Shown here: positions 17,801 to 27,900 of the stretch, one piece after another
Layout: the number at the start of each line of letters is the position of its first letter
How positions within the stretch are numbered: position 1 is the stretch's first letter
Virus record (IMG/VR): IMGVR_UViG_3300011934_000017
Coordinates: 1 to 64,000 of that record
Strand: one strand, 5' to 3'
Length of the DNA stretch: 64,000 nt
Notes under the pieces: generated by a model
What the model was told of the DNA's origin: nothing
Databases searched by the model: none
What the model saw: only the letters and a program-made list of their open reading frames with translations
Translations under genes and position numbers: made by a program

Positions 17801-18256
17801 ATGAACAAAGCGCGTGATTTGCTCGCACTGGCTATCGAATCTTTCCGAAGTGGAGAGTACGATGCTGCGGCCAAATTTTTCGCCTCTGCTGTTGGCTCTG
17901 AAGACCTTGATAGTTTCGTTAGCGATATCACGAAGAACGTACCTCGCTCTGCTCTGACTGGTCCAGTTCCCTTTGGGGAAAACACACTCAATCCTTCTCT
18001 TGCATCTGGTTCAGACTTAGATGATATTGTAGAACGGGTAGAAGCGCGATTCCGTGCTGAATGTGCTTTACTGGACGACGATGAATCGGAAACCGAGCTA
18101 CGTGCTTCTGAAGATGACGATGAGGTCTACGAGGACGATGAAGAGGACAATCTTCTTGATGAAGAAGATTATGAAGAGGATGATGATGGTGTTATTGAAT
18201 CCTCTTCTGCTCGAAAATTTAAGTCCGTAGTCGGCCCTGTGCGACTCAAGAACTAA
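17801..18256 (+). CDS. Acidic head-associated protein
   Basis: RBS aggggg; helical N-terminus, D/E tract, AS-type motifs like those in the scaffold. Confidence 0.7.
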   Translation: MNKARDLLALAIESFRSGEYDAAAKFFASAVGSEDLDSFVSDITKNVPRSALTGPVPFGENTLNPSLASGSDLDDIVERVEARFRAECALLDDDESETELRASEDDDEVYEDDEEDNLLDEEDYEEDDDGVIESSSARKFKSVVGPVRLKN

Positions 18257-18259
18257 TAG

Positions 18260-18296
18260 AATCCCCCTATGGCCACTTGTCCTAGGGGGATTTTTT
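18260..18296 (+). terminator. Rho-independent terminator
   Basis: aatcccccta...tagggggatt followed by tttt. Confidence 0.8.
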
Positions 18297-18313
18297 ATGT
18301 CTAAGGAGTATTT

Positions 18314-18955
18314 ATGTCAGCAAAGGGTCAAGGCTTCGATTTGTTAGCGTCTGTCAAGAACGCACAGACACCACTGTTTCTAACGTTGTTGGGCTTTCGT
18401 AAAACGATATCCCGTCACTTAGGCTTAAAGACGTTACCATTTATCTTGCACGATAACCCTAAATCCATTCTGCGTAGGGAACAGCAACAAGAATACCCTT
18501 ACGGCTTCTTTCGTCTCAATTCTTTTGAGATTCTGAAAGACGGGCAAGCCAATAAAACATTGCGCAGGCACGGTTCGACTCTCACACTAGACGACGTTAC
18601 AAACGCTGCTATCAGCAAGGGTTACTTGTTTCCGTGTAATCTAGTGGTCGAGCTTCATTTTATCCATAATGATCCGCAAGAAGTTCTCAATTTAATCGAG
18701 AAGTCTGCTATTCTAGGTGCCGTCGATGGACTTTCATTTAAAGTAGGTATGCCGGGGTCTTCCGATTGGGTTGTAGGCGTCCAAATGTCGGACGGCCCTG
18801 TTGATATTCCACAAGTAGAGCTTGAGAACGAAGCTGATGCAGCGGCATTTGATATTTCCTTGAACTTTACGTTAAGAACGCGAGTAGGTGTAGTTAAAGA
18901 CGTTCCTAAGATAAACAATCAAGGGACTGTTACTCAAGGTCTTCATTCAAAGTAG
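18314..18955 (+). CDS. Putative tail terminator / neck protein
   Basis: Size and position between head and sheath genes; PYGFF motif. Confidence 0.5.
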   Translation: MSAKGQGFDLLASVKNAQTPLFLTLLGFRKTISRHLGLKTLPFILHDNPKSILRREQQQEYPYGFFRLNSFEILKDGQANKTLRRHGSTLTLDDVTNAAISKGYLFPCNLVVELHFIHNDPQEVLNLIEKSAILGAVDGLSFKVGMPGSSDWVVGVQMSDGPVDIPQVELENEADAAAFDISLNFTLRTRVGVVKDVPKINNQGTVTQGLHSK

Positions 18956-18966
18956 AAAGGTGCTGT

Positions 18967-20391
18967 ATGTCTAAATTTCGTTCTGCTCCTCGAACAATCG
19001 TTACGGAAATCAAGTCGTTTGTAGTGGATTCTGTTTCACGTTCGGGAGTGTTTCGCCAGTCTGTAAGTGCCCGTGTAGCGGATTCTGAACCGCTTAATAG
19101 GCAAGACGTTAACATTACGTCGGAGCGTTTTTATGAGGTCGATGACGTGTCTTCTGTTATGGGCATTATGTCGCCTGAAGATGTACGTGTTGAACTCATT
19201 CAAATTTCTACCAGTATTCCACCAGAAGAGCCGGAAGCTCCTATTCCTGATCCTGTGTTCGTTGTTAACAGCGATATCTTTATTGGTGAAACGTTTAACA
19301 TTCGACTGGTAGACCACAATGTCGAATCAATTCATCGTGTCATGATCACTGTCATGTGTATGGACACAGGTGAGACGGAAGATGTTCAACTAGACCGTGT
19401 TGAAAGCGGTGTCTTTGAAGGCTCCATTCCGACTAATCGAAGCACAGGGCTAGCGTCTAACTTCGACAATGTGCTTTCTTTGAACAATGGAAGTCAAGTG
19501 TTGCTGCAATACTTGGGCGCAGACGATGAAACGTATTCTGGCTATACGAATGCAGTCTCTCCGTATGTTGACTCCAAGGTATCCAGTATACCTATTGTGT
19601 TTATCGGCAATCCGCTGCCCGTCGTAGTAGAAGACGCAGATTTGGCAGGTGAAAGCAAAGTGTCTGTTCAGATAATGAATACGACAACAGGTATGACCTC
19701 GATCGTGGATCTATTAGAGTTTGAACTAGGCTCGTTTCATGGATTGTTTGACACCGCCGACTCGTTGGAGACTGGAAAGATTTCAGTTTCACCAGGTCAA
19801 AGTCTTTCTGTGATGTTCACGTCGTCCAAATATGCTGATTCTCCTAACGTTGAGTTCATCGTTCAAGCTAAAGAGGAGCAGATTGTTCCTGTTACGTTGG
19901 ACTCTGATGATACAGTAGAAGTAGGCCGGCCTTTAGTAGTATCGTTGAATGACTACAACCGAGCAGGTGTGGGTGCAATCGATATCATCGTTTCTAAGCT
20001 TGGAACCCGTGAGTATGTTGTGTTGCGCTGTGAAGAGGTGATGCCTAGTAGTGGTCTGTTTTATGGAGAGCTTGAAACGTCTAAGATTCCTATGACAGGT
20101 GCTTTGAAGGTAACTGCTGGTGATGTGTTGGAGTCTGTTTATGTTGAAACGTCCAGTGCAGAGCCTGTACGCATGACCTCTACCTCTACTGTTGTCTCTA
20201 CTATTCAACCGGAACCTGCTGGCGCTAAGTTAGATCGAAAAGGTGAAACAGAGGAACCGAGTATTCTTGTAGAAAACAAGGTAGACTTTTTAGTGAACGG
20301 TCTCTACTTCTTTAACGGAGAGTTTAACGGTAAAGTACGTATTTACGGTCTTAGCTCTGAGCCTGTTCGCTGTTCCATACTTCACTCTTGA
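18967..20391 (+). CDS. Virion protein with three Ig-like repeats
   Basis: Three ~110-aa units (IG.P..V.L.D.N...G.F.G...T). Confidence 0.6.
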   Translation: MSKFRSAPRTIVTEIKSFVVDSVSRSGVFRQSVSARVADSEPLNRQDVNITSERFYEVDDVSSVMGIMSPEDVRVELIQISTSIPPEEPEAPIPDPVFVVNSDIFIGETFNIRLVDHNVESIHRVMITVMCMDTGETEDVQLDRVESGVFEGSIPTNRSTGLASNFDNVLSLNNGSQVLLQYLGADDETYSGYTNAVSPYVDSKVSSIPIVFIGNPLPVVVEDADLAGESKVSVQIMNTTTGMTSIVDLLEFELGSFHGLFDTADSLETGKISVSPGQSLSVMFTSSKYADSPNVEFIVQAKEEQIVPVTLDSDDTVEVGRPLVVSLNDYNRAGVGAIDIIVSKLGTREYVVLRCEEVMPSSGLFYGELETSKIPMTGALKVTAGDVLESVYVETSSAEPVRMTSTSTVVSTIQPEPAGAKLDRKGETEEPSILVENKVDFLVNGLYFFNGEFNGKVRIYGLSSEPVRCSILHS

Positions 20392-20439
20392 TATAATTTG
20401 AAGAGTGGTATAGTTTAAACGTTCAAGGAGATTGCAGAA

Positions 20440-22029
20440 ATGCCAATCAATAGTGGTTCCAGCACAAGTGCTGGTGTTTATACAGGAGAACGTAACAATA
20501 GTGTCCGAGCAACCGCTGTCTCTACATCGATCGGTGCTATTGTTGGTCCTTCTCACAAGGGTCCCGTAGGGGAACCTACTCTTGTGGTAGATGAAGACGA
20601 ATTTGTTTCGATGTTCGGTGAATCCGACGAAGCTCTCACCTACATGCACTACTGCGCCCGTGCTTTCCTTCAAGAAAGCAGCCGTCTATACGTGGTACGT
20701 GTTGCAGACAACACGCTTCTAGGCGGTGTACGTGTCGCTACCGAAAACAACTTCAGCCAGTGCGTTCCGTTAAATCGCGGATACGATGCTCCTGAAGAAT
20801 ATCGTATGCAGCGTAACGATATTCTTGCGGTCTTCGGTCGTAATCCTGGTGACTGGAATAACGATCTTCGTGTTCTTTTTCATCCTGATACTGATGATCG
20901 GACAGAAGAAGGTTTCGTTCTCAGTGTGTATGAAGGGGCTTCTCAGATTCCTGTTGAAGTCTATCATGCTACACTGCGTGAAACACTTGACGGGTATGGG
21001 CGCCAGCGCGGAATTGAAACGCAAGTCGAAGAAAATCCACGTTCACGCATTCAGGTAATGGTCAATCATGATCATCCTGGGCGTATGGGTAACGATAGCG
21101 CTCGACTTGTTAACGCATTGACTGTAGGTGAACTTACATTCGGCTCCAGCGGCGACCCTGTTAATGTTTCGCACATCATCAACGGTTGGAATCTGTTCGA
21201 AGACAAGGAAGAAGTGTCAGTAAATATCCTCATTAATGCGGGGTATACCGATCCTTCTACTCAGCTTCGTATGATTGAAATCGCGGAAGACCGTGATGAC
21301 TGCTTTGCTGTTCTGGATCTACCGTACAACAAACAGTTAACTCAAGATGCGGTTAACTACCGTCGTAACGTGCTTAATGCCAACACCAGCTACGGTGCGA
21401 TGTACGGTCCTGATCTTCTGGTACGCGATACCCGCGAAGCTCGCAACCTGTTCGTTCCTCCGAGCGGTCACGTAGCCGGTGTGTATGCGCGTACCGACCG
21501 TGTAGCAGAATCTTGGTTTGCGCCAGCAGGTGTTAATCGTGGCCAGCTTAATGTGAACGGTGTTCGTCACATCTACAAGCAGGGTCATCGAGATGTTTTC
21601 GCTGAGAACCAAATCAATCCTGTACGCTTCATGAGTGGTCAAGGCATTGTTGTTTGGGGTGCGGAAACTCTATCTGCTATTCCAAGTGCTTTGTCTAATA
21701 TCAACGTGCGCCGGTTGCTTCTACTTCTCAAGAATAGCATTGCGGAAGTTGCGCTGTCTGGTGTGTACGAGCCGAACGATTCTTTCCTGCAAGTCCAACT
21801 TCGTTCTATTGCAGAAAACATCTTGAACCCAATCAAGCGCGGTCGTGGTTTGTATGGTTTCGAAGTTATTTGTGATGAACGTAACAATACGCCGGATATC
21901 GTTGCTAACGGTGATGTTATTCTCGATGTTTACGTCGATCCTGTCATTCCTGCAAAACGAATCCACCTAAACGCGATCATTCCAAAAACTGGTCAGATCA
22001 AGTTTGCCCAAGAACTCATGGGCCTCTAA
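20440..22029 (+). CDS. Tail sheath protein
   Basis: AGVYTGE N-terminus; PPSGHVAG, WFAPAG.NRG, NQINP, G.VVWG..T, NVRRLL. Confidence 0.93.
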   Translation: MPINSGSSTSAGVYTGERNNSVRATAVSTSIGAIVGPSHKGPVGEPTLVVDEDEFVSMFGESDEALTYMHYCARAFLQESSRLYVVRVADNTLLGGVRVATENNFSQCVPLNRGYDAPEEYRMQRNDILAVFGRNPGDWNNDLRVLFHPDTDDRTEEGFVLSVYEGASQIPVEVYHATLRETLDGYGRQRGIETQVEENPRSRIQVMVNHDHPGRMGNDSARLVNALTVGELTFGSSGDPVNVSHIINGWNLFEDKEEVSVNILINAGYTDPSTQLRMIEIAEDRDDCFAVLDLPYNKQLTQDAVNYRRNVLNANTSYGAMYGPDLLVRDTREARNLFVPPSGHVAGVYARTDRVAESWFAPAGVNRGQLNVNGVRHIYKQGHRDVFAENQINPVRFMSGQGIVVWGAETLSAIPSALSNINVRRLLLLLKNSIAEVALSGVYEPNDSFLQVQLRSIAENILNPIKRGRGLYGFEVICDERNNTPDIVANGDVILDVYVDPVIPAKRIHLNAIIPKTGQIKFAQELMGL

Positions 22030-22041
22030 AGGAGTATTATC

Positions 22042-22551
22042 ATGCCTAAGCCGAGTCTTAGCGACGTTCTCAACGTTCAAGATCCGATGTTGTCCGATAA
22101 CTTTGACCTCACCTTCTCCAGTGTTCCTGGCGGTGGTGACAATCGACAGCTTACCATTCAATGTAAAACAGCTATCAAGCCAGGTACGACTCTGACTGAG
22201 GTCGAAGTTGAACTGTTTGGTCATAAAGTGATGCACGCCGCTAAGCGCGAATGGTCTCACGATATGTCCATTGAGTTTATCGAAGATCACAAAGGTAGCA
22301 TTACCCGTCAGTTGGAAGATTGGGCGCAAGAAATCCGCGCTACTCAGACACAGCACGGTAACTTCAAGCGTGACTATGCCGTAGATGCCGTGTTCAAGAT
22401 TTACGATCAGACCGGTGCTACTGCAATGGAGTACAAGATCACTTCTTGCTGGCCGAGTGAAGTACCAGAGCTATCTTTCGACGGTTCTGGTGGTACTGCC
22501 ATGACTCTGAGCGCAACTTTTAAATTCGACCACGTGAGTCGGGTGAGGTGA
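22042..22551 (+). CDS. Tail tube protein
   Basis: Directly after the sheath; T4 gp19-like size with F.E, W and CWP motifs. Confidence 0.85.
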   Translation: MPKPSLSDVLNVQDPMLSDNFDLTFSSVPGGGDNRQLTIQCKTAIKPGTTLTEVEVELFGHKVMHAAKREWSHDMSIEFIEDHKGSITRQLEDWAQEIRATQTQHGNFKRDYAVDAVFKIYDQTGATAMEYKITSCWPSEVPELSFDGSGGTAMTLSATFKFDHVSRVR

Positions 22552-22625
22552 GAACCTAAATAGATAAATTCTACTAAGGGGCTGTTATGCGCAGCCCCCA
22601 TTTGTGTAAATATAGGGAGAGCGCT

Positions 22626-23189
22626 ATGCCAGATGTTAGCTTAGGTGTTTTGAAAAGACGGGAAGACGCTAAGCTCGATCCTCTTCTTGATTTTAAATGG
22701 GCATGTACTTCGCTTCCTCTTGGTCATGATCCATCTTATGTAGAAGAAGTCGATCTTCCGTTTCAACAGATAAGTCCAAAAGAAGGCTTGTTTGGTGCGG
22801 GCCAATATTCGTTTCATCCCGCTTTCCAAGACATTAGCGCTTTTGATATCACTTTCTACGAGGATAGCCAGTTAAATACCTCGAAGTGGTTACAAACTTG
22901 GTTTGAGCGTATTCGTCGTCCAAGTGACGGTGGTTACTATCTACCAACAAACTACAAGTTCGACATTCAACTTGTACTGATGGACACTACAGGTGCTACT
23001 GTCGGCGAAGTCACACTGATTAATGTTTGGCCTACAGCACGAGGAAACTGGCCTCTTAGCTACAGTGGAAACGACAGACTGAAAGTTCAACAAAACTTCA
23101 GCGTAGACCGCATGGTGTTCAATACAGACATGAATAGTGGAGGCATAATTAATGCTATCGTTCGACTCGCAAGTCCTTACATTACCTAG
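22626..23189 (+). CDS. Tail tube-like / baseplate tube-initiator protein
   Basis: Start moved to 22626 (RBS ggga; TAAATA at 22556 and 22606); tube-like ITFYED..W, NVWP. Confidence 0.65.
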   Translation: MPDVSLGVLKRREDAKLDPLLDFKWACTSLPLGHDPSYVEEVDLPFQQISPKEGLFGAGQYSFHPAFQDISAFDITFYEDSQLNTSKWLQTWFERIRRPSDGGYYLPTNYKFDIQLVLMDTTGATVGEVTLINVWPTARGNWPLSYSGNDRLKVQQNFSVDRMVFNTDMNSGGIINAIVRLASPYIT

Positions 23190-23946
23190 CAACATGATTC
23201 CTTATCAGTTTGAGCAGATCACCATGAAAAACTTTGGTGTGAAGCAACTGATGTTAATGTCAAAAGCTGTTTCTACAGGATCGTGGGCACCTGTTGTAGA
23301 GGCCATTGATTCTGTCATTGATGTGGACGTTAACGTTCTTACAGACGGTGACTTCTACTATCTGCTGGCGTGTCAACGTATTGCTGGGTACAAGATTAGT
23401 CCTCTTCAGGCTGCTTGGACTTGTGAAGGTGTTGTCTTCCAAGAAAACGGTAACTTAGAGCGTGTCTTTACTCGTGAGCAAGTAATACAACTGGTAGCGG
23501 ACTACGATGCTGCCAGCCTTGAAGAAAGAGAAGAAATGGAAGACCCAGAAACTCTTTCTCTTACTTCTAAATCGTGTGGTCATAAAAACGCACACACCCT
23601 AACACTAGATAGCTTGTACATCGTTCCGCTTGAAACAAAGAAGCTTCCGAACGGCCTGGACTTTCCTCGCGTTAACACGTTAGTTGATGCCATTGTAGCG
23701 CGTGAAGAGCCAGAAAAGGAACGCATTGTACAGGCTGCACGATGGGTTGCTCAAGGCGATATCATCGAAGACAAGATTGCCATTCTCTCTGACCAAAATG
23801 ATCTGGAGCTTTTTGAGTCTGCCCTTCAGTCTGATCTTACTATTCGCCACGGTGTTTCTCAAGTATTGATCACCGAATGCGAGAAGTGTGGACAACCAAT
23901 GGAACACACGTTCAATATTGGTCCTGAAACATTCTTTGACGTTTAA
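23152..23946 (+). CDS. Baseplate hub assembly protein (T4 gp26-like)
   Basis: LPS...PY, LTDGDFYYL, DFPRV, C..CG. Confidence 0.6.
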   Translation: MLSFDSQVLTLPSNMIPYQFEQITMKNFGVKQLMLMSKAVSTGSWAPVVEAIDSVIDVDVNVLTDGDFYYLLACQRIAGYKISPLQAAWTCEGVVFQENGNLERVFTREQVIQLVADYDAASLEEREEMEDPETLSLTSKSCGHKNAHTLTLDSLYIVPLETKKLPNGLDFPRVNTLVDAIVAREEPEKERIVQAARWVAQGDIIEDKIAILSDQNDLELFESALQSDLTIRHGVSQVLITECEKCGQPMEHTFNIGPETFFDV

Positions 23947-23955
23947 GGAAGCTTT

Positions 23956-24942
23956 ATGTCAGAAGCGTATGGTGTTCCAGCCGACGTTTACAACGACTAT
24001 CGCTACATCGACATGGGTGACCTTCCCACGGGTTTCGGTCCCTATGAAGAACATGGTATAAAGAAGATTTACATTCGTCCGTTCTGTGTGCGAGAGCTTT
24101 CTTTACTTACTATGGGTTCCAGTCTAGGTGCTCGCGGTGTAGGACACATCTTACGCGCTGTCGATATGGCGATTTCTTGTGACGTTAATATTTTGACTGA
24201 CGGTGACTATGAATATGTAATGGCGTGGTTACGTCTCAACTCTTATCCGAAAGCTCCTTCATTAGTAAAGTGGAAGTGCAAAAAGCTTAACGTCATTGAG
24301 TCGAAAGGCCGAGCTTTTTACACGAAGCCTGACGCTTTCCAAATGACCGAGAAAGAATTAAAAGCAAGAGGTCTTGAATACGAGGTGTGCAATGCTGATA
24401 ATAACGAGATTGTACACAACGTTAAGACCGATATTATGACGTTTGACGATGATGATTTGGTCATGCCTTACGATGACCTTGATTTTCCTCGAATCAATAC
24501 GATGGTAGAACTACTCCAACTTCTGGAAGACCATCCCGAGTTAGAGCACCACGCACGTATAGCGCGTTGGGTGAAAGAAGGAATTACGCTGAAAGAAAAG
24601 ATGCGTATCATCGAAGACCAAGAAGACTTTGAAATGTATTCCCGTATTCAAGAATGTATTAAGAGATTCAAGCATGGCATTCAGGAAGATATGCATCTGC
24701 GTTGCAGAACGTGTGGAAATGAAATTGACTACAAAGCCAAACCTAATTTGTTGACGTTCTTTGCGAACAACAGCGAGAAGGATATTTTGGATATTCAATA
24801 CACGTTGCTTTCCGAATTAAAGCTACAACCCAACGACGATATGCCTGCAAAGACTTTACTCTACCATCATTCATGCTTAGCAAAAGACAAGCAAGCTGAG
24901 GAGGAGCGTAAACGCCTTCAAAACGCCGTTAAGAAGAGGTAA
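23956..24942 (+). CDS. Baseplate hub assembly protein, paralog of 23152..23946
   Basis: LPT, LTDGDYEY, DFPRI, CRTCG shared with the upstream gene. Confidence 0.6.
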   Translation: MSEAYGVPADVYNDYRYIDMGDLPTGFGPYEEHGIKKIYIRPFCVRELSLLTMGSSLGARGVGHILRAVDMAISCDVNILTDGDYEYVMAWLRLNSYPKAPSLVKWKCKKLNVIESKGRAFYTKPDAFQMTEKELKARGLEYEVCNADNNEIVHNVKTDIMTFDDDDLVMPYDDLDFPRINTMVELLQLLEDHPELEHHARIARWVKEGITLKEKMRIIEDQEDFEMYSRIQECIKRFKHGIQEDMHLRCRTCGNEIDYKAKPNLLTFFANNSEKDILDIQYTLLSELKLQPNDDMPAKTLLYHHSCLAKDKQAEEERKRLQNAVKKR

Positions 24943-24948
24943 GCCGAC

Positions 24949-27900
24949 ATGGCCGAAGATAGAATCACAAGCGACATGAAAAGCATGGCCAGCTCTTACG
25001 ATACTCCTAGAGCCGTGTCGCTTCTTCAGGATAAAGCGAGAGACGCAAGCGCTTATGTAAAAGACAAGATTGGTAAAGTACAAAACGCTAGGGAAGCAGC
25101 CTCTGACGAATCGAAGTCGTCTTCGGGGAATCAAGTAAAAGGCGCTACGGCTGCGGCGCAATCTATTCAAGAAGGCTTTTCTGGACTAAAAGACAGAAAT
25201 ACAAATCGGCATCGAGAAGTCATAGGCTCGATGCGTGAACAGACAAGCCAGCTAAAAGGAATATCTAACTCGGTAAGCGGCGTGTATAACATGCTGTTTA
25301 AAGAGAAGTATGGTCCTGATGTAGAGCCTTACTCCAGAGAAGAAGAAGGCATAAGCGGTCTGTCCGATCAGCTTCGTCGTCAACACGAAGAGGTAATGGA
25401 CGAGCTTAAAAAGATTCGAAAAGCTGTAGTGATGGGAGGAAGTGGAGGTGGTGGCTTCTTTGGAGCTTTTGGTGGACGCCCAGGTTCTAGGGGACGACGT
25501 ACTTCTCGCAGTAGAACACCACCTCCCAGTTCGCGTTCTGGTACACGATCAGGTACACCACCTCCCAGTTCTCGTTCTGGTACACCACCACCTACGCCTA
25601 ATCAGAATCGTAGTTCTTCTAGCTGGGGAAGGGCTGCTGCTAATGGTGGTGGCGGACCGCCCCCTCCACCTTCTGGTGGGAATAGTTGGTTAAATCGTGC
25701 GCAAAACTTAGGCAATTCCAAGTACGCTAGAATTATAAGCGGTGTAGTTACAGGAGCTACAGCAGCGTATACTGGCATAAAGATGCTAGGAGGTAATGAC
25801 TCTCCAGACATATCTGAGCTTGGGTCTAGTGGAACACCTTCTTCGTCTCCCGCTTCTTCGCCTGCCGCGCAAAGCACTGGAAGTTCTTATAGTGGACTAG
25901 GCAGTGTAAGTGCTGGAGAAGAGTCGCGCCAAGGTGTACACACAATAAGTACAGGTGTAGGCGATCACGGCGGTGTCAGTTATGGTACTCATCAGTTAGC
26001 TACTGAAAATGGAAGTATGGCTGCTTTTCTTCGATCAGAAGAAGGCCAACCCTATGCTCCTGCTTTTCAGGGTATGCAGCCCGGTACTAATGCATTTAAC
26101 GCACGTTATTCCGAAGTAGCAAAGGCGCATGAGAAAGACTTTGCTGCCGCGCAAAAGAATTACATTTTCCGAACTCACTACGCACCTATGCTTAACAACG
26201 TTAAGCGTGGTTCTGGGTTCGATGCAACAAATCGTGGGCCTGCTGTTCACGAAATGCTTTATTCTACTGGCGTACAATATGGTGGAGGTACGTCTGTAAT
26301 CAATAATGCGTTAAAAGGGTATGACCCTAACAACATGACGGATGCCGATATCATTCGTCGTGTGCAAGAATACAAAGGGCAAACAGTAGGTCAATACTTC
26401 AGATCGTCTGCTCCTGATACGCAAAGGTCTGTGTATAGAAGAACGTTCCGAGAGCGTGATACGCTTTTGGCAATGGATGCAGAGTATCAACAGCAACTGG
26501 CTGCTGGTGGACAACCGGCTTCCCAAGAAAATACTGCTCAGGTAGCCTCAACGCAAACAGGTAACAGTCCTGTATCTGCTAACACTGTAGCTCAAGAAGA
26601 ACCCGTATCTTTAGGTTCACCACCGCAGCAACAACCAGAACAGGTGGCAAGCAACAATTCAAATACGGCTATTGATGCTGCAACTGTCGCACTAACAGCA
26701 GGTGCTGCGGGAAGTGCCGCGCTTTCGTTAGTTCCTGCTAGATCGACACCGACACCTGCTGTTCCACCTTCTGTGACGCCTGCTGCCGCATCTGGAGCAA
26801 ACGCAAACAGGGTTATATCTGCAACACCGGCAACACCCCGATCAATCACAGCGACTCCTCCACCTTCAATAGCTGCGCCGACTCCGACTCCAACTCCTCC
26901 GTCTACTGGTGCAGCACCTAGATCGGGAGCGCCAGCAGCACCTCCACCTACTGGAGGCGGTTCTACATCTATAGCAGGAAAAGCAGTACAAGGGCTTAAA
27001 AAGGCTCCAGTTCTTTCGTTAGGCTTCGCTGCGCTCGATACTGCCACAGTGCTATCTAACGAAGAACTAAGTACAGGTGAAAAAGCAGGCGAGATAACAG
27101 ATATAGCCGGAGCTACGACTGGAGGTATAGTAGGCGCTAAGGTTGGTGCTTCTTTTGGATTACTTGGTGGACCGCTTGCTCCTGTAACTGTACCTCTAGG
27201 CGGCTTAGTAGGCGGCTTCTTAGGTTACATGGGAGGCAAAAAAGCAACAAACTCTGCGCGAAACTTCGCAGGGGAAATGCTTACAGATGAAGAAGGTGAA
27301 GTAGAAGAAAACGTACCCATAACAGGCGCTGAAGTAGCAGCTAGTTCACCTTCTACTGAAGAAGATGGTTTGCCTTCTAATCATCCTATGATGGTAGCGC
27401 AAAGGAATATCCAGCGCGAAGCTGAAAACAGTGCGGATACCTTAGAAGATGCGCAGACAGGAAATTCCGTTCAAGTAGGAACAACATCTTCTGCTTCTGA
27501 AACTGCGCAAACATTGGCTGCGGCAGAGTCTAGTCAGCTAATAACGAAGGATGCGTTTGATGCTGCTGTCGCTGTTGGAAGTCAAGACTCTACTTCACCT
27601 ACAGTAGTGAATAATTTTCCTGTACAAGGAGAATCAGCTACCCCTCAAAACGAACCTTCGACTGGCACACCGACTCCTGCACAGACGAATGCTCCTCAAG
27701 TTTCTCAAGCTCCAAGTGCTCCACGCCCTGAAGTATCGGCTAGACCTATTCAAGATACTGTGGGCTTACGCGATGATATGGAGAGACCGAGTTTAGTTGC
27801 GGATGCTGCGTTCACTGCAATGTCAGGTATTCTTTCTACTGTAGGTATTGATACAGACGCTTTACGCAATGCCAGTACGCGACGTGAAGCGCCGGAACAC

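Noticed and set aside
23152-24942. Tail-assembly-chaperone frameshift pair
   Set aside because: The two ORFs are full-length paralogs with separate RBSs, not a G/GT-type pair.
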